Positions 50,134 to 59,340 of a stretch of DNA of 64,000 nucleotides are shown one piece after another. The position numbers and the translations under genes are program-made. How positions within the stretch are numbered: position 1 is the first letter of the stretch; each line of letters begins with the position of its first letter. This stretch comes from an uncultured Candidatus Binatia bacterium (lineage in GTDB: Bacteria; Desulfobacterota; Binatia; UBA9968; JAJDTQ01): assembly GCA_965215605.1 (NCBI GenBank), contig OZ244070.1, forward strand, positions 3,072,001 to 3,136,000, given 5' to 3'. Under the pieces are notes generated by a model that saw only the letters and a program-made list of their open reading frames with translations, made no database searches and had not been told where the DNA came from.

Positions 50134-51194
50134 GCGGGGTGTTCATGGACTGCCGGGAGCCAGAGATCGACGCCGCAATGCAGAGCGGCATCCCCGTGCT
50201 GAGAGTCGGCGACTTTCTTGCCGGCGTTCCCGGCGCCCGGGAACGGCTGGCGGCCGAGTTGCGCCACGCCCTCGAGCGCGTGGGTTTCTACTACATCCAC
50301 GGCCACGACGTGCCCCAGGCGCTCATCGACGGCGTCTTTGCCGAGTGCGTCCGCTTCCACGCCCGGCCGCTGGCCGAGAAGATGGCGGTCCGCGGCAACG
50401 AGCACAACGTGGGATACATGCCGGTGAACGGGTACGTGTCCCGGAGCTCCCGTGTGGAGAAGGCCACCCGTCCGAACTTCGTCGAGGCGTACTTCCTGAA
50501 GCGGGACCTGCCCGCGGACCATCCGGACGTGGCGGCGAACGTGCGCTACCGTTGCGCCAACCCGTGGCCGGACCCTCGCGTCCTGCCGGGGTTCCGGGAG
50601 ACGGTGGTGGCCTATCTGGACGTCATGGAACGGCTCTGCAGGCGCATGTTGCCGCTCTACGCCACGGCGCTGGAGCTGGCGCCGGACTACTTCGACGAGG
50701 CTTTCGCGGAACCCCAGTACACCTTGAGGATGTCGCACTACCCGCCGGCCGAGCACGGCGACGCCGAGCAGTACGGGCTGGCGCCGCACACGGATTCGAG
50801 TTTCCTCACCATGCTGCCGCAGTCCGAGTTGCCCGGTCTGGCCATCCGCATGCCCTCGGGCGAGTGGAGCGATGCGCCGGCGGCGCCCGGCACCTTTCTG
50901 GTCAACTCCGGCGACATGCTGCGCCGGTGGACCAATCACCGCTTCCTCTCCACCCCGCACCGGGTGGTGAACTGCAACGCCGGCCGGGACCGCTACGCCA
51001 TCCCGTTCTTCTTCGATGCGACCCACGATTTCGTCATGGAATGCCTGCCCACGTGTCAGGGGCCGGACAACCCGGTGCGCTACGAGCCCATCACCTACGG
51101 CGAATACATGCGCTGGTTCGCGCGGCAGTATGACCACGTGCGGGACCATGACCGTCATGAGCCCGAAGCCCCGGGCGTGCCCACGGTCGGATAG
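50130..51194 (+). CDS. IPNS-like Fe(II)/2OG oxygenase
   Basis: GFYYI.GH.V, APHTD, N.GD...RWTN..F.STPHRV and RYAIPFF; exact start uncertain. Confidence 0.9.
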   Translation: MSGVFMDCREPEIDAAMQSGIPVLRVGDFLAGVPGARERLAAELRHALERVGFYYIHGHDVPQALIDGVFAECVRFHARPLAEKMAVRGNEHNVGYMPVNGYVSRSSRVEKATRPNFVEAYFLKRDLPADHPDVAANVRYRCANPWPDPRVLPGFRETVVAYLDVMERLCRRMLPLYATALELAPDYFDEAFAEPQYTLRMSHYPPAEHGDAEQYGLAPHTDSSFLTMLPQSELPGLAIRMPSGEWSDAPAAPGTFLVNSGDMLRRWTNHRFLSTPHRVVNCNAGRDRYAIPFFFDATHDFVMECLPTCQGPDNPVRYEPITYGEYMRWFARQYDHVRDHDRHEPEAPGVPTVG

Positions 51195-51467
51195 GTCGCG
51201 GACGGGATACCCGTGCGTCAATGTCAAGACACGACGTCAATTTGGTAACAGGTTCTGTGGAAAAACCCTGTGCATATCTCCTGAACGCGAGCCAAATGCC
51301 CCTGTTCATCCGGGATTCAGCGGATTGCATCATTTTTGCGCACTGATTTTTGGTGGAAAACCGAATAGTTGCGAAGATTGGGTTCAACGGACCTCGCGTA
51401 TGCGGCGCCTGCCCACTCTGCGCGGCCAGGGCCGGTTTGCCGCTAAGTTACTGATTCCCAACAGACT

Positions 51468-53588
51468 ATGAGCCCGAACGCCAACATGCGCGCTTTACTT
51501 CGGCCCGACTCGGTCGCCGTGGTCGGCGCATCTCCCAAAGCCAGCACCGGTGGACGGCTGTTGGATAGCCTCCTTTCCTCCGGTTTCCGGGGGGCCGTCT
51601 ATCCCGTCAATCCGAATTACACCGAGATGAGGGGCAAGCCCTGTTATCCGTCGCTCAAGGCGCTCCCCGAGGTGCCGGATTGCGTGGTGGTGGCATTGCC
51701 TGTCACCAGCGTGCTGCCCGTGATCGAGGAAGCCGCGGCCGCCGGCGTGCCCTCGGGGGTGGTGGTCGCCGAGGGTTTTGCGGACGGCGATACCGCGGAA
51801 GGCCGCCGCCGGCAACTCGAGCTCCAGCGCCTTGCGGACGCCAACGGGATGGCCATCACCGGGCCGTGCTGCATGGGCCTTGCCAGCCTCCAGTACGGTT
51901 TCGCCAACTCCTACTTCGCCATCCCCGACGACGCCGTCCCGGGCGGAGTCTCCCTGATTTGTCAGAGCGGCGGCTTGACCAGCGCCGTCACCGAGCTCGG
52001 CGCCAGCCGCAACGTCGGTTTCAACTACATTGTTTCGAGCGGCAACGAGGCCGTGGTGGAGATGGGCGACTATATCGAGTATTTCGCCGACGATCCCGAG
52101 ACCCGGGTCATCGCCTGCATCATGGAAGGGGCCAAGGACGGGGCGAAGCTGCGCCGGGTCTTGGCATCCACCACCCGGAAGAAACCCGTGGTGGTGCTGA
52201 AGCTGGGCCGCACCGAGTCGGGGAGGAGGGCCACCGTAGCCCATACCGGCACGCTGGCCGGGCAGCAGGAGGCCTACGCGGCGTTGTTTCACGAGACCGG
52301 CGTGTCGCTGGTGGACAGCATCGACGAGCTGGTGGAGACCGCGGGACTCTTCATCCACGCGCCTCGTCCCGCCGGCGGGAACGTCGTGTTTCTTACCATC
52401 TCCGGCGGGGCCACGGCACTCATCAGCGACGTGAACGGGACCGTGGGGCTCCAGTGCCGGACCTTGAGCGCGGCGACGAACTCGAGGCTCCAGGAGATCC
52501 TGGAGGTGGACCGGCCCTTCGGCAATCCCATCGATACGGTGGGGATGCCGCGCGCCGCGCGGGGAACGAATCTTACGGCGGTGCTCGATACGCTCCTGGA
52601 CGACGACGAAGTCGACCTCGTGGGACTGGCCCTCAGCATGAAGCGCGAGACCGGGCCGGGTCAGCAGCACCTTCTGGATCAACTGGCGGCGCGCTCCCGG
52701 ACCACGCCGAAGCCCATCTTCGTGCTGTCGTTGGCCTCCAACAGCCTCACCCATGATTACCGGGCGTTTTCGGAGCAGACGGGCGTCCCTCTCTTGGAGG
52801 ATGTGGCCCGGGGGATGAAGGCGGTGCGCAAGCTCGTCGACTACGCGACGTTCCGCCGCAGGGATAAGCCGGCCCGTAAACCGGCGCCGTCCGTGGATTT
52901 CCGTCCGCCGGACGGCGCGGGCGCCCTTACGGAATACGACAGCAAGAGAATACTGGCGCGTGCAGGCATCACCATGACGCGGGAACAGCTCGCCGAAACT
53001 CCCGAGCAGGCCGTCGAGATCGCGGAGAGCCTCGGCCATCCGGTGGCCCTGAAGGCCCAGTCGCCCGACGTGCCTCACAAGTCGGATGCTGGCGGGGTCT
53101 ATCTCGGAGCCGCCACCGCCGAGGAAGTCGAGACGGCGTATCTCCGCGTCATCAGGCGCGTCAAGGCGGTCCACCCGGACGCCCGCATCGACGGCGTGCT
53201 GGTGCAGGAAATGGTCTCCGACGGGTTGGAGGTCATCATCGGTATGGTGCACGACCCGCAGTTCGGCCCGCTGGTGATGCTGGGGCTGGGGGGCATCTAC
53301 GTGGAAGTGCTCAAGGACGCCGCCTTCCGGCTGCCGCCGCTGGACGAGGAAGACGTGCGCGAGATGCTGGCGGAGTTGAGGGGCGGCGCGCTGCTGAGCG
53401 GTCTGCGGGGCCGGGAGCGCCGGGACGTGGACGCCCTGGTCGGGTGCGTGGTCCGATTCGGCGACTTCGTGACCCACAACGCCGGCCGCTTCACCTCGGT
53501 GGAGATGAACCCGGTGATGGTGCGTCCCGAGGGCCGCGGGGTGGTGGTGGCGGACGCCCTGATCACGGTGTCCGCCGAGCCGGGGTAG
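51468..53588 (+). CDS. ADP-forming acyl-CoA synthetase (ACD alpha-beta fusion)
   Basis: VAVVGAS, QSGG, SGNE, AHTG phospho-His, HKSDAGGV and DPQFGP..GLGG. Confidence 0.92.
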   Translation: MSPNANMRALLRPDSVAVVGASPKASTGGRLLDSLLSSGFRGAVYPVNPNYTEMRGKPCYPSLKALPEVPDCVVVALPVTSVLPVIEEAAAAGVPSGVVVAEGFADGDTAEGRRRQLELQRLADANGMAITGPCCMGLASLQYGFANSYFAIPDDAVPGGVSLICQSGGLTSAVTELGASRNVGFNYIVSSGNEAVVEMGDYIEYFADDPETRVIACIMEGAKDGAKLRRVLASTTRKKPVVVLKLGRTESGRRATVAHTGTLAGQQEAYAALFHETGVSLVDSIDELVETAGLFIHAPRPAGGNVVFLTISGGATALISDVNGTVGLQCRTLSAATNSRLQEILEVDRPFGNPIDTVGMPRAARGTNLTAVLDTLLDDDEVDLVGLALSMKRETGPGQQHLLDQLAARSRTTPKPIFVLSLASNSLTHDYRAFSEQTGVPLLEDVARGMKAVRKLVDYATFRRRDKPARKPAPSVDFRPPDGAGALTEYDSKRILARAGITMTREQLAETPEQAVEIAESLGHPVALKAQSPDVPHKSDAGGVYLGAATAEEVETAYLRVIRRVKAVHPDARIDGVLVQEMVSDGLEVIIGMVHDPQFGPLVMLGLGGIYVEVLKDAAFRLPPLDEEDVREMLAELRGGALLSGLRGRERRDVDALVGCVVRFGDFVTHNAGRFTSVEMNPVMVRPEGRGVVVADALITVSAEPG

Positions 53589-53657
53589 GCAGGGGGCCTT
53601 CTCGCCGGCAAGGTGCAACCCCCGGCCGCCGTCCGTAACGGTACACAAGGAGCTTCG

Positions 53658-54458
53658 ATGAGCTACGACAACATCCTCTATGAAGTGACCGACCATGTGG
53701 CCACCATCACCCTCAACCGGCCGGAGTCGATGAACGCCATCAACTACAAGACCCGCGACGAGTTGCACGCCGCGTGCGGACAGGTCTCCACGGACCCCGA
53801 CGTCTGGGTATGCATCATCACCGGCGCCGGAGAACGGGCTTTTTGCACCGGGCTCGACCTGAAGGAGCGGGCGCGGGAAGTGGACGATTCAACGTTTTTC
53901 GAGAAGCGACGGGTACGCAACCGGTCAAGCATGCACGGCCAGAACCTGCCGGTGGCGACTATGGAAAAACCCACTATCGCGGCCATCAGGGGCTACGCCG
54001 TGGGCGGCGGTCTGGAGCTGGCGCTGGCCTGCGACATCCGGGTGGCCGCGGAGGACGCCAAGCTCGGCATGTTCGAGGTCCGGCGCGGCCGTCTGGGGGG
54101 CGGCGGCGGCACCCAGCGCCTGCCGCGGCTCATCGGCATGGCCAGGGCGCTGGAGCTGAGCCTGACGGGCGAGGCCGTGGGCGCCGAGGAGGCCCTGCGC
54201 ATCGGTCTCGTGAACAAGGTGGCGCCGGTGGACGGCTACATGGACGTGGCGCGGGAGATCGCCGCCAAGATCTGTCTCGGCGCGCCGTTGTCGGTCATCG
54301 CCATCAAGGAAGCCATCACGAAGGGGATCCAGCTTCCCCTGGAACAGGGCCTGAAGCTCGAGAGCGACCTGGGCCTGGCGCTGTCCACCACCGAGGACCA
54401 GAAGGAAGGCTCCCGCGCCTTCGCCGAGAAGCGTCCGGCGGTGTGGAAGGCCCGTTAG
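53658..54458 (+). CDS. Enoyl-CoA hydratase/isomerase
   Basis: ITLNRP, AFCTGLDL, GGGLELALACD and FEV; start ATG 53658. Confidence 0.93.
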   Translation: MSYDNILYEVTDHVATITLNRPESMNAINYKTRDELHAACGQVSTDPDVWVCIITGAGERAFCTGLDLKERAREVDDSTFFEKRRVRNRSSMHGQNLPVATMEKPTIAAIRGYAVGGGLELALACDIRVAAEDAKLGMFEVRRGRLGGGGGTQRLPRLIGMARALELSLTGEAVGAEEALRIGLVNKVAPVDGYMDVAREIAAKICLGAPLSVIAIKEAITKGIQLPLEQGLKLESDLGLALSTTEDQKEGSRAFAEKRPAVWKAR

Positions 54459-54482
54459 GCCATCGAATACACAGGAGGAACC

Positions 54483-55655
54483 ATGAGCACCAATCTGAGC
54501 GGAAAATACGCCATCGCCGGCGTGGGACAGAGCCCCTTGGGCAAGGTGCCCGAGCTCGGCCCCATCGGACTCTTCGCGGTGGCGGCCAAGAACGCCATCG
54601 AGGATGCCGGCCTGAAGAAGGAGGACGTGGACGGCCTTATCACCCGCGGACCGGACGACGTCTACTGCCACCACCAGCGCGTGGGAGAAGCGTTGGGACT
54701 GAACGTCACCTTCAGCACCTCCACCGCCAACGGCGGCGCGAGCCAGACCATGGCCGTGGCGATGGCGTGCATGGCCATCGAGGCCGGCGTTTGCAACACC
54801 GTGGTGGTGGGTTACGGCCGCGACACTTGGTCGCGGACCCATCGCAACGCCGAGGCCAAGCAGGCGGTGGCTTCCAGCCCGCGGACGTACTCGGAGTTCG
54901 GTTCCGAGTTCGGCCGGTTCGGCGCGCCGGTGAACTACGCGGTTTCGGCCCGGCGCCACATGGAGCGTTTCGGCACTACCAAGGCACAGCTCGGCGCCAT
55001 CGCCGTGGCGTTCCGAAACCACGCCGGCAAGAACCCTCACGCCTTCATGAAGAAGCCCCTGACCCTGGACGAGTACCTGGGCGCGCGGCTCATCGTGGAC
55101 CCGCTCTGTCTTTTCGATTGCAGCGTGTTCATCGACGGCGCCGGGGCGGTGGTGGTGACCAGCGCGGAGCGCGCCCGGGATCTCCGGCAGCCGCCCGCCT
55201 ATGTCCGCGGCTTCGGTTTCGGCAACCGCCTGAGCGGGTGGTACAACGACGACAACATGATCAACACCGGCGCCAAGGAAGCGGGGGAGGCGGCCTACAA
55301 GATGGCGGGCATCGGCCCCCGGGACGTGGACACCGCCCAGATCTACGACTGCTTCACCCACATGGTGCTGCTGCAGCTCGAGGACTACGGCTTCTGCGCC
55401 AAGGGCGAGGGCGGGCCTTTCGTCGGCTCCGGGGCGTTGGAATTCGACGGCGTCCTGCCCACCAACACCTCCGGCGGCCAGCTCTCGGAAGGGCACATCG
55501 AGGGCATGCTCCAGGTGCTGGAAGGCGCCCGTCAGGTCCGCCGCGAGCACACCCCCGACCGCCAGGTGAAGGACTGCAATATCGCCTTCGTGTCCGGTCA
55601 CGGCGGCAACACGGTGTGCCAGTCGGCGTTGATCCTGGGGAGGGAGGCGGGATGA
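54483..55655 (+). CDS. Thiolase-fold protein, SCP2/Ltp2 aldolase-like
   Basis: GGAS in place of the catalytic Cys; IYDCFT and NTSGGQLSEGH. Confidence 0.88.
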   Translation: MSTNLSGKYAIAGVGQSPLGKVPELGPIGLFAVAAKNAIEDAGLKKEDVDGLITRGPDDVYCHHQRVGEALGLNVTFSTSTANGGASQTMAVAMACMAIEAGVCNTVVVGYGRDTWSRTHRNAEAKQAVASSPRTYSEFGSEFGRFGAPVNYAVSARRHMERFGTTKAQLGAIAVAFRNHAGKNPHAFMKKPLTLDEYLGARLIVDPLCLFDCSVFIDGAGAVVVTSAERARDLRQPPAYVRGFGFGNRLSGWYNDDNMINTGAKEAGEAAYKMAGIGPRDVDTAQIYDCFTHMVLLQLEDYGFCAKGEGGPFVGSGALEFDGVLPTNTSGGQLSEGHIEGMLQVLEGARQVRREHTPDRQVKDCNIAFVSGHGGNTVCQSALILGREAG

Positions 55656-56077
55656 GCGAGTACAACAAGCCGCTGCCGCCGCCGACCGTGGAATCCGAGC
55701 CCTTCTGGGACGGGTGCAAGCGCCACGAACTGGTGGTGCCCCGCTGCGACGCCTGCTCGAACCACTGGTTCCCTCCCACCGCCACCTGCCCCGAGTGCTG
55801 GAGCACCGAGTGGACATGGACCCGGGTGAGCGGCAAGGGAAAGGTCTATTCGTTCGGCGTCTACCACCGGGCCTACCACAAGGGGTTCGCCGACGAGCTG
55901 CCTTACGCCCTGGTGGTGGTGGAACTGGAAGAGGGTCCGCGGCTCACCACCAACGTGGTGGGCTGCAAGCCCGACGAGTTGAGCTGCGACATGCCGGTGG
56001 AGGTGGTGTTCGAGGAAGTCACCGACGACCGGACCCTGTACAAGTTCAAACCCGTGAACGATAGTTGGCGGAGGTAA
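55652..56077 (+). CDS. DUF35 Zn-ribbon/OB-fold protein (ChsH2-like)
   Basis: PFW.G, CDAC...PP...CPEC and VELEEGPRL; ATGA overlap with the thiolase. Confidence 0.92.
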   Translation: MSEYNKPLPPPTVESEPFWDGCKRHELVVPRCDACSNHWFPPTATCPECWSTEWTWTRVSGKGKVYSFGVYHRAYHKGFADELPYALVVVELEEGPRLTTNVVGCKPDELSCDMPVEVVFEEVTDDRTLYKFKPVNDSWRR

Positions 56078-56079
56078 TC

Positions 56080-57249
56080 ATGCTGCACAGCACCGAACGC
56101 ATTCTTGTGACCCATACCGGCAGCCTGCCGCGCCCGCGACAGCTCATCGACATGATGCTGGCCGAAAACGAGGGCAGCCCCGTCGATCCGGCGGAGTACG
56201 AGGACAAGCTCCGGGGCGCGGTCCACGACATCGTGCGCCGGCAGATGGACCTGGGCGTCGACATCGTCGACGACGGCGAGCTCAGCAAGCGCGGGTTCGC
56301 GGTCTATGCCCACCAGCGGCTCGACGGCCTCAGCCCCACCGGCCGGGTGCGGGTGTCGCCCTGGGACAACTCCCGGGAATCCCAGGCGTTCCCGGAGCAC
56401 TACGGGTACTACAGCCCGGTGCCCGGAGCCAAGCCCAACCCCAGCAACATGCAGATGGCCTGCACCGGCCCCATCGCCTACAAGGCCCAGGAGCGCGTGA
56501 CGCAGGACCTGGCGAACCTGAAGGCCGCGGTGGAGGAAGCCGGAGCCGCGGAGGCCTTCGTGCCGGCCATCTCCCCCTGCGACGTGGCCGGTAACCAGGA
56601 GAACGAGTACTACAAGAGCGACGAGGAGTTCCTGTTCGCCATCGCCGAAGCCCTCAGCGTGGAATACCGGGCCATCGTCGACGCCGGCTTCCTGCTCCAG
56701 ATCGACGACCCGCTGCTCATCAACTACTACGTCAAGAACCCGGAACTGAGCATGGCCCAGTGCCGCGCCTGGGCCGAAGGTCAGATCGAGGCCATCAACC
56801 ACGCGCTGCGTGACATCCCCGAGGACCGGGTGCGCTACCACACCTGCTACGGCATCAACATGGGTCCCCGGGTCCACGACATGGAGATGAAGGACTACAT
56901 CGACATCGTGCTCAAGATCCGCGCCGGCGCCTTCTCCTTCGAGGCCTCCAACCCGCGCCACGAGCACGAGTGGACCATCTGGAAGGACATCAAGCTGCCC
57001 GACGGTAAACTCATCATCCCAGGCGTCATCACCCAGTCGTCGGTGGTGGTGGAGCACCCCGAGCTCATCGCCCAGCGCCTCGAACGCTTTGCCAGCGTGG
57101 TGGGCCGTGAGAACGTCATCGCCGGCAGTGACTGCGGCTTCGGCACCCAGGCTCTGGAGGTCCCGGAAATCCACCCCGCTATCGTCTGGGCCAAGTTCCA
57201 GGCCATGTCGGAGGGGGCAAGGCTGGCGAGCGAGCGGCTGTGGGGGTGA
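56080..57249 (+). CDS. Cobalamin-independent methionine synthase II family (MetE C-terminal-like) Zn enzyme
   Basis: THTGSLPRP, DGE..K, HTCYG, EASNPRHEHE and DCGF. Confidence 0.9.
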   Translation: MLHSTERILVTHTGSLPRPRQLIDMMLAENEGSPVDPAEYEDKLRGAVHDIVRRQMDLGVDIVDDGELSKRGFAVYAHQRLDGLSPTGRVRVSPWDNSRESQAFPEHYGYYSPVPGAKPNPSNMQMACTGPIAYKAQERVTQDLANLKAAVEEAGAAEAFVPAISPCDVAGNQENEYYKSDEEFLFAIAEALSVEYRAIVDAGFLLQIDDPLLINYYVKNPELSMAQCRAWAEGQIEAINHALRDIPEDRVRYHTCYGINMGPRVHDMEMKDYIDIVLKIRAGAFSFEASNPRHEHEWTIWKDIKLPDGKLIIPGVITQSSVVVEHPELIAQRLERFASVVGRENVIAGSDCGFGTQALEVPEIHPAIVWAKFQAMSEGARLASERLWG

Positions 57250-57355
57250 GGATGGCAGCTTAATCGGATAGAAATCTCGAATTCCGCCGCCCGGAGCCGC
57301 TGATCCGCATTCTGGACTACGCGCAAAATGGACCGCGGCCGTCGACTGGCGTTCC

Positions 57356-57419
57356 GACCAAAATACGATATATCGTAGAATTATCTTGACCAAAATACGA
57401 TGGTGTGCATAATGGTCAG
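57356..57419 (+). promoter_or_regulatory. Promoter/operator region of the AAA ATPase gene
   Basis: TTGACC (57386)-16 bp-CATAAT (57408) ending 8 nt before the ATG; 14-bp direct repeat GACCAAAATACGAT (57356, 57388); 14-bp palindrome TACGATATATCGTA (57364-57377). Confidence 0.55.
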
Positions 57420-57421
57420 GC

Positions 57422-58630
57422 ATGGATGCGGAATCGCGCGTCTACGATGCGTTACTGGCCGAGCATTTGGCTGCCAACCGGCAGATGGCGTTCGTCAGCG
57501 GGCCACGGCAGGTAGGCAAGACTACGACGTGCCGGCGTCACGCCGACAACTACTGCAACTGGGACAATCTCGATGACCGGGAACTGGTGCTGGCGGGTCC
57601 GGCCGACCTTGCCGTCGCCATGGGGGCGAACCGGCTCTCCAGCGCAACGCCGGTGGCGCTCTTCAATGAGCTTCACAAGTTCCCTTCCTGGAAGCCGTTC
57701 CTGAAAGGGTTGTTCGACACCTACGGAGACGGGCTTCGCGTCATCGTCACCGGCAGCAGGCGACTGGACGTCTACCGCCGGGGCGGTGACAGCCTGATGG
57801 GGCGGTACTTCGCCTATCGGATGCATCCGTTCTCCGTGGCCGAGGTGGTAAGCAGGGAGCTTCCCGACGCGGAGCGGATCGTCCGGGCTCCGGGCCGGAT
57901 CGACGCGGCCGATTTCGAAGCGCTGTGGCGTCACGGAGGATATCCGGAGCCGTTCCTCAAGCGCGACATGCGTTTCAGCCGCAGGTGGCGTTCGCTGCGC
58001 CTCGCGCAACTGGTCCGGGAAGACATCCGCGACCTCACCCAGGTTCAGCAGATCGACCAGTTGGAGGTGCTGGTCCAACGATTGAGCCGGCAGTCCGGGC
58101 GTCAGCTCGTGTACGGCAACCTCGCCAGGGAGGTACGCGTGTCAGCGGATACGATCCGCCGGTGGGTGGCCGCCTTGTGTGATTTCCACCTGGGCTTTCT
58201 GGTCAGGCCGTGGTTCCGGAACGTCTCGCGATCGTTGCGCAAGGAGCCCAAGTGGTACCTGAGAGACTGGGCGGACATCGCGGATGCTGGGCAGAAGGCG
58301 GAGACTTTCGTCGCGTGTCACCTCCTCAAGGCAGTCGACGGCTGGAACGACATGGGCCTCGGCCGGTTCGAGCTCGGCTATCTGCGTGACCGGGAGAAGC
58401 GGGAAGTGGATTTTCTTGTTACCCGCGAGGGGAAGCCTTGGTTCCTCGTCGAGGTCAAGCACCGCGACGAGTCCATGAGCCGGACGCTCAAGTACTACCA
58501 GGAACATCTCGGCGCACCGTTTGCGTTCCAGGTGGTCGTCGATGCCGACTATGTCGACGCCGACTGTTTCGCAAGGCCGGGGCCGCCGCTCGTCGTGCCG
58601 GCCAAGACCTTCCTGTCCCAGCTCCTGTAA
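57422..58630 (+). CDS. AAA_14 ATPase with DUF4143 domain
   Basis: GPRQVGKTT, GDSLMGR, GGYPEP, K.PKWY..D and EVDF...VEVK. Confidence 0.9.
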   Translation: MDAESRVYDALLAEHLAANRQMAFVSGPRQVGKTTTCRRHADNYCNWDNLDDRELVLAGPADLAVAMGANRLSSATPVALFNELHKFPSWKPFLKGLFDTYGDGLRVIVTGSRRLDVYRRGGDSLMGRYFAYRMHPFSVAEVVSRELPDAERIVRAPGRIDAADFEALWRHGGYPEPFLKRDMRFSRRWRSLRLAQLVREDIRDLTQVQQIDQLEVLVQRLSRQSGRQLVYGNLAREVRVSADTIRRWVAALCDFHLGFLVRPWFRNVSRSLRKEPKWYLRDWADIADAGQKAETFVACHLLKAVDGWNDMGLGRFELGYLRDREKREVDFLVTREGKPWFLVEVKHRDESMSRTLKYYQEHLGAPFAFQVVVDADYVDADCFARPGPPLVVPAKTFLSQLL

Positions 58631-58632
58631 CT

Positions 58633-58674
58633 TTGTCAACGCCGTTGACAACACGAATGCCCCTTCGGTAATGT
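58633..58674 (+). promoter_or_regulatory. Putative sigma70 promoter with operator palindrome upstream of the selenoprotein gene
   Basis: TTGTCAAC-gcc-GTTGACAA (58633-58651) contains TTGACA; TAATGT lies 18 bp downstream. Confidence 0.5.
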
Positions 58675-58709
58675 CTCGCAGATAGCTCACGCGTGCGATG
58701 GAGGGCCTC

Positions 58710-59300
58710 ATGGGAAAGCTGGAGATGCTCGATCCGCGGGCCGATGTTCTCCTGGAGAACCATCCGCCCGTTCCGGGTTTGGATGATTTGACGGGGAAAG
58801 TGGTTGGGATCATCGATAACGGCCAAGCCAACTCGAGCCCGATGTTCGAGGAGTTGGCGCGGCTCATCGAGGAACAGACGGGCGCCGCGGAGGTGCTGCT
58901 GCGGAAGAAGCCGAGCCACATGAATGCGGCGCCGGGGGAACTGATCGAGGAGATGCTGAGCCGGTGCGACGCGGTCGTCACCGGCCTCGGTGCTTGAGGG
59001 TCCTGCACGTCGTGGAGTGTCCACGACGCCATCGAGATCCAGAAGCGCGGCACCCCTACGGTGACCCTGTGCCAGACCATCTTCATGGAGCTGGGCCGGA
59101 AGGAAGCGGTGTTCTTCGGCATGCCGCAACTGCCGCTGGTGCAGATCCCGCACCATCCGAGCGGCGGCGCCCGGCCGGGTGAGCACGCCGAGGATGCGAG
59201 AATCGCCATCGGTCCGGTGCGCGAGACCCTGACGGACGCCGATGCGGCCGAGTCTGAGCCGGCCGGCGCCGCGGGAGTTGAAGCCCAAGCGGCCAAATAG
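58710..59300 (+). CDS. UGSC-motif selenoprotein (Sec96 encoded by TGA 58995-58997), 196 aa
   Basis: Track ORFs 58698-58997 and 59061-59300 are in the same frame; read-through gives DAVVTGLGA-U-GSCTSWSVHDAIEIQKRGTPTVTL; SECIS-like hairpin follows; GGAGGG RBS before ATG 58710. Confidence 0.85.
59008..59028 (+). ncRNA. Bacterial SECIS-like cis element
   Basis: Perfect 9-bp stem CGTCGTGGA-GTG-TCCACGACG starting 11 nt after the UGA, with G first in the apical loop. Confidence 0.75.
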
Positions 59301-59340
59301 TGCATCGGCGGACATCCGACACCACGCGCACCCTTCACGC

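Noticed and set aside
51200-51467. sRNA or sigma54 promoter in the AT-richer intergenic region (and ORFs 51016-51471, 51091-51387)
   Set aside because: No GG-N10-GC spacing, no convincing structure and no protein motifs
56080-57249. Housekeeping metE
   Set aside because: Single-barrel protein of about 390 aa in a catabolic operon; symbol withheld
58995-58997. TGA as a nonsense mutation (pseudogene) or two separate small genes
   Set aside because: The frame continues with UxxC and a correctly placed hairpin, so Sec recoding is the better explanation
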